40,330 bases of DNA from an uncultured Spirochaetales bacterium (lineage in GTDB: Bacteria > Spirochaetota > Spirochaetia > CAKZLE01): positions 1 to 40,330 of the forward strand of contig CAYYPJ010000001.1 in assembly GCA_964473495.1 (NCBI GenBank), written 5' to 3'. The translations under genes and the position numbers were made by a program. The notes under the pieces are model-generated. The model did no database searches. It had not been told where the DNA came from and saw only the letters and a program-made list of their open reading frames with translations. Each line of letters starts with the position of its first letter. Position 1 is the stretch's first letter. Positions 1-8,245 of this stretch are shown one piece after another.

Positions 1-32
1 CGCTGTTTCGTTTAGCTGCTCTATAGAGGGGC

Positions 33-563
33 CTATCGTATGAACGTGGCACCGATTGTCACATGTGGATGACTATAATCGAATCTGAAAACATCAAAAA
101 AGATATCAAAATCCATATCTATGAACATTTGTATCGGATATATCGTATAGAGGAAACCAAGTTTTGTATGAACAACATTATCCTCGATAAGTGATAAGAA
201 CCCGTCGATATTAGGCATATAATAATAACTTGTGCCCAATCCCGAATAAAAAGCCACGTCCCCGTACCACATAGATAATTGACCTAATCCAAAGACAGAT
301 ACCATCAGCATGTCACTTGGTTCAGCCCCATGATACCCGCGGGAATTAACGGGGAAATAATCAATAGAGACATCAGTTCCAAATATACCGCGTCCTCCCA
401 AAGTCCTTATATCAATCCCAGGACGCACCTGTACGGCCCCTGTCTGGTCAATATCAAGCCCCATATGAGCACCAATGGAACTATCAGCTGCTGTCAGCGG
501 TATAAGTGATACCATGATCATCCATAAAAGACAAAATGATCGTATTCTATTTGAATTTGACAT
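33..563 (-). CDS. hypothetical secreted protein with signal peptide; aromatic/Gly-rich, possibly a small beta-barrel
   Basis: 176-aa ORF. N-terminal hydrophobic region is LLWMIMVSLIPLTAADS. Alternating aromatic/Gly-rich segments end in ...TIGATFIR. Lies 2 nt downstream of the lipoprotein ORF. No family motif recognised. Confidence 0.5.
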   Translation of the reverse strand: MSNSNRIRSFCLLWMIMVSLIPLTAADSSIGAHMGLDIDQTGAVQVRPGIDIRTLGGRGIFGTDVSIDYFPVNSRGYHGAEPSDMLMVSVFGLGQLSMWYGDVAFYSGLGTSYYYMPNIDGFLSLIEDNVVHTKLGFLYTIYPIQMFIDMDFDIFFDVFRFDYSHPHVTIGATFIR

Positions 564-565
564 AG

Positions 566-1489
566 CTAATCCCCCTTTCCCGTAACTTGATTTTCATAAA
601 CAACATACACTCCCTGAAGAGGTATGCCTCTGGGTCCATCTGATAGCTTCAGAGACTTCATCAATTCAGTAACAGCAGCTGCATAATCTATCTCAATACT
701 GCCAATAATATGAGGACTCTTATCAGAAAGATACCTGCCGCGTTCTATGACCGCCAGCATATCACTATTCTCTAATTGTGGTAACACCCTGATGGTATCT
801 GCCCCAAGCAATATACATACAACCTCAACGTTGTGCTTTGAAAACTGATCTACTGCTTGACGTATTTGAGCCTTGGTTATCTGAGAATCCTCAAATTGGA
901 CAACTTCCGGCTGCATCAAAGTATCTTTGAACAACAAGGGAAACAAATTCTCTACATCGTATCTATCCTGACATAAAATGCCAATTTTATGTGGGTCAGT
1001 ATAGGCCTCTGATAATGCACTATCCACCTTCTCCCACCCACTGGCAAATGTATCTATCAAATAGTAATCCGCAATAGCAAGTCCATGGTAAGTGATTTCA
1101 TCATAACGTTTCTGTGAAATTGTCAGTATAAGACTTGCCTCTTTAGACCGCCACTGATCTATCAGGGAAGAGAAAACCGTATCCCTATCTGTTATATAGT
1201 CATGAGAGAGAGCCGGCGATAATATCACATACTCGGGTGCAGACGTATCAACTAGCTGCTGCAACCCTCCTCTATCTTCCGTAGTATCATAGCGGTATAT
1301 CGTACAGGTCTCTTTTGCATGCTCTGCAGCCTGCTGTATCTCCTCTCTTATCTCAGGATTAAGTACAATATCATTATATACAGGATCCGAAACAATCACC
1401 ATATCATATTCTTTTCGGCATCCGATACAGATACAGCAGATACACAGGATAATGACTGGTAAGACCATGTGGGTTCTATTGCTTTGCAT
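566..1489 (-). CDS. putative lipoprotein of unknown function; alternating beta/alpha pattern resembles a periplasmic-binding-protein fold
   Basis: 307-aa ORF. N-terminus MVLPVIILCICCICIGC-RKEY has a signal-like stretch ending in Cys (loose spirochaete-type lipobox). No catalytic motif recognised. Confidence 0.5.
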   Translation of the reverse strand: MQSNRTHMVLPVIILCICCICIGCRKEYDMVIVSDPVYNDIVLNPEIREEIQQAAEHAKETCTIYRYDTTEDRGGLQQLVDTSAPEYVILSPALSHDYITDRDTVFSSLIDQWRSKEASLILTISQKRYDEITYHGLAIADYYLIDTFASGWEKVDSALSEAYTDPHKIGILCQDRYDVENLFPLLFKDTLMQPEVVQFEDSQITKAQIRQAVDQFSKHNVEVVCILLGADTIRVLPQLENSDMLAVIERGRYLSDKSPHIIGSIEIDYAAAVTELMKSLKLSDGPRGIPLQGVYVVYENQVTGKGD

Positions 1490-1660
1490 ATTAGCAGTCT
1501 ACCAATGGCATGAAACAAGGTCAATGAGTTTCCATGTCGTCTATGATTATCCTAGAATGGAAGCTTTCCTCATCCATTAGTTATGGTGGTCATTGACCAA
1601 AAAATGGTTATAAAGTACCATTATGGTGAATTCAACGTATACAAAGGAGAGAAATCAATA

Positions 1661-2653
1661 ATGACTTCTTACAAAGACTTAGGTTTGGTTAATACTATTG
1701 AGATGTTCAAGAAGGCTGTTTCCGGCGGATATGCAATCCCCGCATACAACTTCAATAACATGGAACAATTACAAGCAATTATACAAGCATGTGTTGAGAC
1801 AAAATCACCTGTCATTCTACAGGTCTCTCGTGGGGCTAGAGACTATGCAAATATTAACTTGCTGCGTAACATGGCTCGAGGTGCAGTTGAATATGCTCAT
1901 GAGCTTGGTTACGATATCCCTATTACCCTTCATTTAGACCATGGTGATAGTTTTAAGACCTGTAAAGAATGCATAGATAATGGGTTCTCTTCAGTTATGA
2001 TCGATGGCTCACACTTCTCATATGATGAGAATGTTGCTCTAACGAAAAAAGTAGTTGAGTATGCCCATCAATTTGATATTACCGTTGAGGGAGAACTCGG
2101 GGTACTTGCTGGTATAGAAGATGAAGTATCTGCTGAGAAGTCAACATACACAAAACCTGAGATGGTAGTGGATTTTGTTTCAAAAACAGGTGTCGATTCA
2201 CTTGCAATCTCTATTGGGACAAGTCATGGAGCGAACAAGTTCAAACCGGAACAGTGTACATTGAATGATAAAGGTGTTTTGATTCCACCTCCACTTCGTT
2301 TTGACATTCTGGAAGAGATTGAGAAACAACTGCCGGGATACCCCATAGTGCTTCACGGATCATCTTCTGTACCAATGGAATATGTCAATACAATAAATTC
2401 CTATGGTGGTATGCTAAAAGATTCTGTAGGGATCCCTGAAGAACAGCTTCGTAAGGCTTCTCATTCAGCTGTATGCAAAATAAATATAGACTCTGATGGG
2501 CGTCTGGCAATGACCGCTGCTATAAGAAAAGCTCTTAGCGATAAGCCGGAAGTGTTTGATCCTCGAAAATACCTTGGACCTGCCCGAACAGAGCTGAAAA
2601 AAATGTATATGTATAAAAATATCAATGTACTTGGGTCTGCAAATCACGCATAA
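1661..2653 (+). CDS. fba: class II fructose-1,6-bisphosphate aldolase
   Basis: Motifs HLDHG, SIGTSHGANKF and VLHGSSSVP. AAAGGAGAG SD lies 7-8 nt before ATG 1661, so the track ORF start at 1583 is probably an upstream extension. Confidence 0.9.
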   Translation: MTSYKDLGLVNTIEMFKKAVSGGYAIPAYNFNNMEQLQAIIQACVETKSPVILQVSRGARDYANINLLRNMARGAVEYAHELGYDIPITLHLDHGDSFKTCKECIDNGFSSVMIDGSHFSYDENVALTKKVVEYAHQFDITVEGELGVLAGIEDEVSAEKSTYTKPEMVVDFVSKTGVDSLAISIGTSHGANKFKPEQCTLNDKGVLIPPPLRFDILEEIEKQLPGYPIVLHGSSSVPMEYVNTINSYGGMLKDSVGIPEEQLRKASHSAVCKINIDSDGRLAMTAAIRKALSDKPEVFDPRKYLGPARTELKKMYMYKNINVLGSANHA

Positions 2654-2669
2654 CTTCTATAGATCAGAA

Positions 2670-2718
2670 TTCAGAAGAAACACCCTGTCCCATCTGTGAA
2701 CAGGGTGTTTCTTCTGAA
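2670..2718 (+). terminator. rho-independent-type hairpin after fba
   Basis: Perfect 18-bp inverted repeat: ttcagaagaaacaccctg (2670-2687) / cagggtgtttcttctgaa (2701-2718). Starts 17 nt after the fba stop. The T-tract is weak. Confidence 0.6.
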
Positions 2719-2746
2719 TGTTTCTCTACTCTTACTCATGCGACCT

Positions 2747-2775
2747 TTGACTATAAACAAATGACATGGTATAGT
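2747..2775 (+). promoter_or_regulatory. sigma70-like promoter for infC
   Basis: TTGACT (2747-2752), 17-nt spacer, TATAGT (2770-2775). About 55 nt upstream of the infC start. Confidence 0.45.
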
Positions 2776-2831
2776 ATTTTAACTTTATTATATTTACATG
2801 ACAATGAGTACGTAATGTAAAAGGAGGCATA

Positions 2832-3365
2832 TTGGCCACTAAAGAACAACGAATTAATCGAAAAATTCGTGCAAGAGAAGTACGCTTAATTGATCAGGAT
2901 GGTGAGATGCGGGGGGTAGTTGATACACGCGATGCATTACAAATGGCAGATGATGCTGGATTGGATCTCGTAGAAGTCTCTCCAAATGCAAAACCCCCAG
3001 TTTGTAAGATACTTGACTATGGAAAATACAAATACGAGAATGAAAAGAAGTTGAGAGAATCAAAGAAGAACCAGATTCAGATCAAACTTAAAGAAATTCG
3101 TATGCAGCCGAAGATCGAGAAGCATGATATGCTCTTTAAGACAAAGCATATTGCAGAGTTCCTTGGTGAAGGGAATAAGGTAAAAGTAACTATTAGATTC
3201 AGGGGTAGAGAGATGGCTCATACTGAACTTGGTAGAGTTGTTTTGGATAAAGTATTACTCTCCCTTGATGAGCTTGAGATTGCATATTCTCTTGATCGAC
3301 GTCCTAAGATGGAAGGAAGATTCATGTCTATGATTCTAAGTCCACAAAAAAAATCAAGAAAATAG
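2832..3365 (+). CDS. infC: translation initiation factor IF-3
   Basis: N-terminus [24 protein letters not shown] matches the IF-3 signature (INxxIRAxEVRLI). TTG start at 2832 lies 4 nt after AAGGAGG. Confidence 0.9.
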   Translation: MATKEQRINRKIRAREVRLIDQDGEMRGVVDTRDALQMADDAGLDLVEVSPNAKPPVCKILDYGKYKYENEKKLRESKKNQIQIKLKEIRMQPKIEKHDMLFKTKHIAEFLGEGNKVKVTIRFRGREMAHTELGRVVLDKVLLSLDELEIAYSLDRRPKMEGRFMSMILSPQKKSRK

Positions 3366-3385
3366 CATACTTTCATGGTTGAGTC

Positions 3386-3416
3386 TTGACAGTTTCGCAT
3401 TATTTTTAAATTATAC
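3386..3416 (+). promoter_or_regulatory. possible internal promoter for rpmI-rplT
   Basis: TTGACA at 3386-3391, followed 17-19 nt later by AT-rich -10 candidates (aattat/ttatac). By-eye call only. Confidence 0.3.
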
Positions 3417-3550
3417 AGTGTTGTCTTTTCTTATGTTTAATAAACATTGAGAATTTACTCATAACATCTCGTAGAGATGTCCATATCTAGCAGGTCCAAG
3501 GGCTTTCTTGTTCCTTGGGGATGCATACAAGAGAAAAGAGGTTATTTATT

Positions 3551-3751
3551 ATGCCTAAGATGAAAACAAGAAAATCGGCTTCCAAGCGATACAGAGTGAC
3601 AGGAACTGGTAAAGTCATATTCAAGAAGCAGGGCCTTCGACATATCCTTACCAAGAAGAGTACGAAGCGAAAGAGGAATTTACGTCATGCGGGAATTTTA
3701 AGCAAAGCAGAAGTAAGTAAAGTCCAAAAAATGCTACCGTACAAATTCTAA
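3551..3751 (+). CDS. rpmI: 50S ribosomal protein L35
   Basis: MPKMKTRKSASKRYRVTGTGK is a typical L35 N-terminus. AAAGAGG SD lies 9 nt upstream of ATG 3551. The track ORF start at 3515 is an extension. Confidence 0.9.
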   Translation: MPKMKTRKSASKRYRVTGTGKVIFKKQGLRHILTKKSTKRKRNLRHAGILSKAEVSKVQKMLPYKF

Positions 3752-3774
3752 CAACATGGATAAGGAGCTAATAT

Positions 3775-4131
3775 ATGTCTAGAGCAGTAGATGGAACAAG
3801 AAGAAAAGAAAATAGAAAGAAAATACTAAAACAGGCTAAGGGATATTATGGTCGACGAGGGACCAACCTGAGAACAGCGAAAGATGCTGTAACGAAAGCC
3901 GGCCAATATGCATATCGAGATCGACGAAGAAAGAAGAGAGATTTTCGAAGATTATGGATCACTCGTATTTCAGCAGCAGTTCAGTCTGAGAACTTGAATT
4001 ACTCACAATTTATTTATGGGTTGAAGAAAGCTGAAATTGCGATAAATCGAAAGACTCTATCAAATATGGCAATTGAGGATAAACAGGCTTTTGCCGTTTT
4101 AGTCGAACATGCCAAAAAGGCTTTGAAGTAA
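3775..4131 (+). CDS. rplT: 50S ribosomal protein L20
   Basis: [15 protein letters not shown]20 signature. TAAGGAG SD. Follows rpmI as in the conserved infC-rpmI-rplT operon. Confidence 0.92.
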   Translation: MSRAVDGTRRKENRKKILKQAKGYYGRRGTNLRTAKDAVTKAGQYAYRDRRRKKRDFRRLWITRISAAVQSENLNYSQFIYGLKKAEIAINRKTLSNMAIEDKQAFAVLVEHAKKALK

Positions 4132-4145
4132 ACTAGGGGTAAGTT

Positions 4146-4529
4146 ATGTTAACACTAGAACAGGTTCAATTACTAGACGAGAGAATTCGTAAAGCGATTG
4201 CCCTCATTAGTCGTCTTCGAGAAGAGAATAATTCATTATCAGAGCAGATAAACATCCTGAAGATGCATAATGACGAGCTCAAAGATTTTGCTAAGAACTC
4301 TAATCAGGATAATGAGCTCATTGAAAAAGGCATTGTAATGGCTCTTTCACAGCTTGATCAAGTAGAGGGGCTTAATGAAGTAATGCCAATCGAAGACATT
4401 AACCGCTCAGATGAGTTTGCTGAATTTGATACTTCCAGTGCGACACATACATCTTTTGATGATCAGACTCATGAAGAAGCTGATAATACCTTTAATTATG
4501 AGGATGATGATGCTGACCCATTAGTCTAA
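4146..4529 (+). CDS. ZapB-like coiled-coil protein with acidic C-terminal tail
   Basis: 127 aa. N-terminal heptad-rich LEQVQLLDERIRKAIALISRLREENNSLSEQINILK resembles E. coli ZapB (…[28 protein letters not shown]…, from memory). C-terminus is D/E-rich. Starts 14 nt after rplT. Confidence 0.5.
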   Translation: MLTLEQVQLLDERIRKAIALISRLREENNSLSEQINILKMHNDELKDFAKNSNQDNELIEKGIVMALSQLDQVEGLNEVMPIEDINRSDEFAEFDTSSATHTSFDDQTHEEADNTFNYEDDDADPLV

Positions 4530-4574
4530 ATTATACAGCTTACCCACTATATAACGTATTGTTATAAATTTAAT

Positions 4575-4642
4575 ATATACATATGTCCTATTTCTTGATT
4601 TAGATGTACGACATATGTATATTTCATGTATGGAAGTACATC
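4575..4642. repeat. two interleaved inverted repeats in the spacer after the ZapB-like gene (possible terminator or RNA structure)
   Basis: 13-bp perfect IR: atatacatatgtc (4575-4587) / gacatatgtatat (4610-4622). 7-bp IR: gatgtac (4603-4609) / gtacatc (4636-4642). The arms are interleaved. Confidence 0.3.
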
Positions 4643-4715
4643 CTGCAGTGTTTGAAAAGGGTATCTATCTCTTGGCTCAAACTACATATTAGGGATTCCG
4701 CCTTTTCAGGTTGAA

Positions 4716-5954
4716 TTGCTCCGGTTTATCTGGAACATGATGTCTGAAACAGGAAACCCACTTGAACTCAATAGTTCAAGAGTTTTGCTGTCCCGTATCG
4801 GCACTGCAGGTTTTTTACTATCATGGAAAAAACAGATGTCAAATACTTATACAAAAAGTCATGACCCATTAGATCATATTGTATTTATCTCTATCCCAGA
4901 AGATGCAAAGAAGGAAATCAACGGGTTTACCTTAGATCCCGCCATTCTTATTCCTGTAGAATATCCTTCTGATGCAAAGTCTTTGAAGATCGACGAACTC
5001 TCATGGGAGATGATCGTCTCGGCTATGCTGAAGATATTTGCCTATAACCCAAGACATAAAGATACTGCATATTACAGGAAATTCATTGATGCTATGAAAC
5101 CGAATCTTGTCGCCGAATTGACAAAGACAGGTATTATCAAAGCAGAAGCTAAAGACTTCAGCCTTGCTGAAGAAATATTTCTGGCTCTCTGCCACATTGC
5201 CCCCGAAGAAGATAAGACTTTCCTCAATCTTGCTTTTGTCTATGAAGCACAGGCGGATTACCATAAGGAATCAGGTGATTTCAAGAAATCAGACTATTAT
5301 GCCGATAAAGCTTTGCAAATTTATTATGAAGCTTTGGAAGTACATCCAAACTCGATTGATATACACTTTTATGCAGGATATTTCTTTCTTAAACAGAACC
5401 ATCTATCACAGGCACAAGAATTCTTTGAACTTTTCCTAGGTCTCGCTCAGGACGATGATCGATCTGCACAGGTGCAGGACGTTATCGATTCTATCAGAAA
5501 TCAAACCCAGGATGATAAGCTTTTTACAAAATCATTTGAACTCATCAAGATGGGCCATGAAAAGGAAGCGTTGGATAATATCTCTGAATTTCTTATACGT
5601 CATCCTAGTGTATGGAATGCATGGTTTCTCAGGGGATGGGCCAATAGAAGATTGTTGCAATATGATAAGGGTAAAGAAGCTCTTCTGAAGTGTCTCGAGT
5701 ATGAACGGGGCAACACTGATGTCTACAACGAATTATCTATATGCTGCATGGAGACCGGTGATCTAAAAGGTGCACGCAAATACCTGCATAAAGCTTTGGC
5801 AATTGAACCTGATAATGTTAAGATTATCTCGAACCTTGGGGTCCTTGAGCTGAAGAACGGTGTTCGTGAAGAAGCAAAGAAATATTTTACGATCGCTGCA
5901 GAATTGAATCCTAAAGATCCCATCATTCAAAAATATCTTTTAGAACTGGCTTAG
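4716..5954 (+). CDS. TPR-repeat protein with an uncharacterised N-terminal domain
   Basis: The C-terminal ~230 aa shows repeated TPR-like A/Y/L patterns, e.g. YNELSICCMETGDLKGARKYLHKALAIEPDN and ISNLGVLELKNGVREEAKKYFTIAAELNPKD. The start is uncertain (TTG 4716, ATG 4737 or a later ATG) and none has a good SD. Confidence 0.6.
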   Translation: MLRFIWNMMSETGNPLELNSSRVLLSRIGTAGFLLSWKKQMSNTYTKSHDPLDHIVFISIPEDAKKEINGFTLDPAILIPVEYPSDAKSLKIDELSWEMIVSAMLKIFAYNPRHKDTAYYRKFIDAMKPNLVAELTKTGIIKAEAKDFSLAEEIFLALCHIAPEEDKTFLNLAFVYEAQADYHKESGDFKKSDYYADKALQIYYEALEVHPNSIDIHFYAGYFFLKQNHLSQAQEFFELFLGLAQDDDRSAQVQDVIDSIRNQTQDDKLFTKSFELIKMGHEKEALDNISEFLIRHPSVWNAWFLRGWANRRLLQYDKGKEALLKCLEYERGNTDVYNELSICCMETGDLKGARKYLHKALAIEPDNVKIISNLGVLELKNGVREEAKKYFTIAAELNPKDPIIQKYLLELA

Positions 5955-6394
5955 TGATACGACGTATGAATGATCTTATACTGAGAGCAGTTGATGAACA
6001 ACAGACTTTATCCATTGGTAAAAAGATAGGCAATGTCTTGTCTCCTGGAAGTATTGTATCATTACGTGGGCCATTAGGGGCCGGTAAGACCGTATTGGCA
6101 AAGGGTATCGCTATTTCCTTACATGTTGAAGAGCCAATCACAAGCCCTTCATACACCCTGATACAGGAATATTCCGGGACCTGTCCTCTCTACCACATGG
6201 ATCTCTATCGCATAGAGGGGGTTGATGATTTTGAGATGCTCGGTGCGGAGGAGATGTTATATGGAGAAGGTATTACGCTCATAGAATGGAGCGAGAAAAT
6301 TGAAGATATCCTTCCTAAGGATACTATTACCGTTATCATTGCGATCGAACCAAACCAGGATCGTATCATAACGATCAAAGGACTTTCTCTATGA
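5954..6394 (+). CDS. tsaE: tRNA t6A37 biosynthesis ATPase TsaE
   Basis: P-loop GPLGAGKT and SPSYTLIQEY motif. GTG start overlaps the TPR gene stop (TAGTG). Confidence 0.85.
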   Translation: MIRRMNDLILRAVDEQQTLSIGKKIGNVLSPGSIVSLRGPLGAGKTVLAKGIAISLHVEEPITSPSYTLIQEYSGTCPLYHMDLYRIEGVDDFEMLGAEEMLYGEGITLIEWSEKIEDILPKDTITVIIAIEPNQDRIITIKGLSL

Positions 6395-7092
6395 CTATAC
6401 TTGCTTTTGACACAGCTACTCAAATATTAAACATTGCGCTCATGCATGATAAGAAGTTCTATGAAGTAAATCATACGCTTGGTCTCACGCATTCAGAATA
6501 TCTACTTCCTTCCATCGATCACCTACTGCATCTTGCTGATCTCTCATTTTCTGATATCGATCTTATTGTATGTACCCGAGGCCCAGGCTCTTTCACCGGA
6601 TTACGTATTGGTATGGCAACCGCGAAGGGGCTATCAGCAGGGAGTACAAAACCGGTTGTATCTATCCCAACCTTAGAGATATATGCCCGTGATTGTCATA
6701 GCTCACAAGCCCTCGTTGTCCCAGTCATCGATGCACGAAAACGCCGGTATTATGCTTCAGTCTACCAACAGGGGAAATCTATCTCCGGAGATCTTGATAT
6801 TGCATCATACGATCTACTAGAAACATATTGTTCTCATACTACCGTGATACTGACTGGTCCAGATGCTCATAAGTTTTATGATGAAATTCATGATTCACAC
6901 AGCGCGTTACTCACTGATAATGCCATTATCCTGGAGATTGATCCTTCATACTCTCGTGGTCATGGAAGGAGCCTCATTGAAATTGGTATTGCACAATTCT
7001 CTTCTTGCGGGCAGGATGCTGCTGAACAAGGACCTATCTATCTGCGGAAAAGTGAAGCTGAGTTATCTCGCGAACAGCACAAACGCCATTAA
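6391..7092 (+). CDS. tsaB: tRNA t6A37 biosynthesis protein TsaB
   Basis: ILAFDTAT N-terminus and GPGSFTGLRIG motif. ATGA overlap with tsaE. Confidence 0.85.
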   Translation: MTILAFDTATQILNIALMHDKKFYEVNHTLGLTHSEYLLPSIDHLLHLADLSFSDIDLIVCTRGPGSFTGLRIGMATAKGLSAGSTKPVVSIPTLEIYARDCHSSQALVVPVIDARKRRYYASVYQQGKSISGDLDIASYDLLETYCSHTTVILTGPDAHKFYDEIHDSHSALLTDNAIILEIDPSYSRGHGRSLIEIGIAQFSSCGQDAAEQGPIYLRKSEAELSREQHKRH

Positions 7093-7177
7093 CATGATAA
7101 TTACCTTTACTTTTTACTCATTTATTACGACAATATACACAATTGATCTTGCACATTAACATGAGGAGGTGGCAGAT

Positions 7178-8125
7178 ATGACCACTACACAACCAGATAA
7201 AGATATCATCATCATTGGCGGAGGCGCTGCAGGATTGACTGCAGCACAGTATGGAGGCAGAGCAAATCTATCTACATTGCTCATTGAAGAGATGGCTCCA
7301 GGAGGACAAGCCCTCGTGATTGATGAATTAGAGAACTTCCCCGGCTTCCCGGAGAAATTATCAGGATTCGAACTAACAGAACGTTTCACGACACAAGCTA
7401 AAAACTTTGGAGCAGAAATCCTTGCAGCAACGGTAAATTCAATTACGAAGAAGGAGAATCTATTCTTCATTGAAACCAGCAAAGGGACTTTTACCACCTT
7501 TGCCGTGATCTTTGCCACAGGAGCAAAACACCGAAAACTTGAAGTCCCGGGAGAAGAGGAGTATTCAGGCAGAGGTGTGTCATACTGTGCAACCTGTGAC
7601 GGTCCATTTTTTAAAAACAAGAAGATGCTTGTCGTCGGTGGTGGCGATGCTGCATGTGATGAAGCTCTGTTCCTTGCAAAATTGACAGACAATCTAGTGA
7701 TGATCCATAGGAAAAATAGATTTAGAGCACAAAAAGCACTCGCAGACAGAGTATTATCAAATCCTATGATAGATGTGAGATTCAATCATGAGCTCAAAGA
7801 GATCAAGGGCGATGGGAATAGATTATCATCAGTGATCTTTTATGATAATGAGCATAAGACTGAATACAGCGAAGCATTCGACGCAGTCTTCATATTTGTT
7901 GGTTCAATACCGCAGACAGCACTTATCCCTCATGTCAAAAAAGACGAAACAGGATATGTGATCACCAACCAGGAGATGCAATCATCTGAACCAGGCCTCT
8001 ATGCAGTCGGTGACGTACGGGTCACACCATTCAGGCAGCTCATAGTAGCAGCAGGAGATGGTGCAATTGCGACACATTGTGCATCTCAGTATATCGATGA
8101 ACTAAAAGGACAATCCTATAAATAA
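7178..8125 (+). CDS. trxB: thioredoxin-disulfide reductase
   Basis: FAD motif IIIGGGAAG, redox-active CATCDG, NADPH motif VVGGGDAACDEA, and GDV near the C-terminus. GAGGAGG SD lies 7 nt before ATG 7178 (track start 7169 is GTG). Confidence 0.9.
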   Translation: MTTTQPDKDIIIIGGGAAGLTAAQYGGRANLSTLLIEEMAPGGQALVIDELENFPGFPEKLSGFELTERFTTQAKNFGAEILAATVNSITKKENLFFIETSKGTFTTFAVIFATGAKHRKLEVPGEEEYSGRGVSYCATCDGPFFKNKKMLVVGGGDAACDEALFLAKLTDNLVMIHRKNRFRAQKALADRVLSNPMIDVRFNHELKEIKGDGNRLSSVIFYDNEHKTEYSEAFDAVFIFVGSIPQTALIPHVKKDETGYVITNQEMQSSEPGLYAVGDVRVTPFRQLIVAAGDGAIATHCASQYIDELKGQSYK

Positions 8126-8170
8126 CCATTCTGTGGTGAATGCCCCCTCATCCACCATGTGTAGTATATG

Positions 8171-8202
8171 AACCGGAATATGTTTTAAAATCTATTCCGG
8201 TT
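8171..8202 (+). terminator. hairpin after trxB
   Basis: 10-bp IR: aaccggaata (8171-8180) / tattccggtt (8193-8202). The short T-run makes it a weak intrinsic terminator. Confidence 0.35.
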
Positions 8203-8208
8203 TATACC

Positions 8209-8237
8209 TTGACGTCATAGAGTATACATGTTCTAAT
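8209..8237 (+). promoter_or_regulatory. candidate promoter abutting the glgA start
   Basis: TTGACG (8209-8214), 17-nt spacer, TCTAAT (8232-8237). The glgA ATG is 8 nt downstream and has no SD. Confidence 0.3.
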
Positions 8238-8245
8238 TTAAATAT

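Noticed and set aside
1583-1660. N-terminal extension of the fba ORF in the track
   Set aside because: A strong SD precedes the internal ATG at 1661, and the conserved aldolase N-terminus starts there. The extension is probably untranslated promoter or leader sequence.
4556-4590. AT-rich segment (ttataaatttaatatatacatatg), considered as a dif-like Xer site
   Set aside because: It does not show the 11-6-11 architecture or the conserved XerD-arm (TTATGTTAAAT-like) sequence. The resemblance is only AT-richness.
7156-7785. 209-aa minus-strand ORF antisense to trxB
   Set aside because: It is fully embedded opposite a motif-complete trxB. Its composition mirrors the complementary codons and no independent signals are present.
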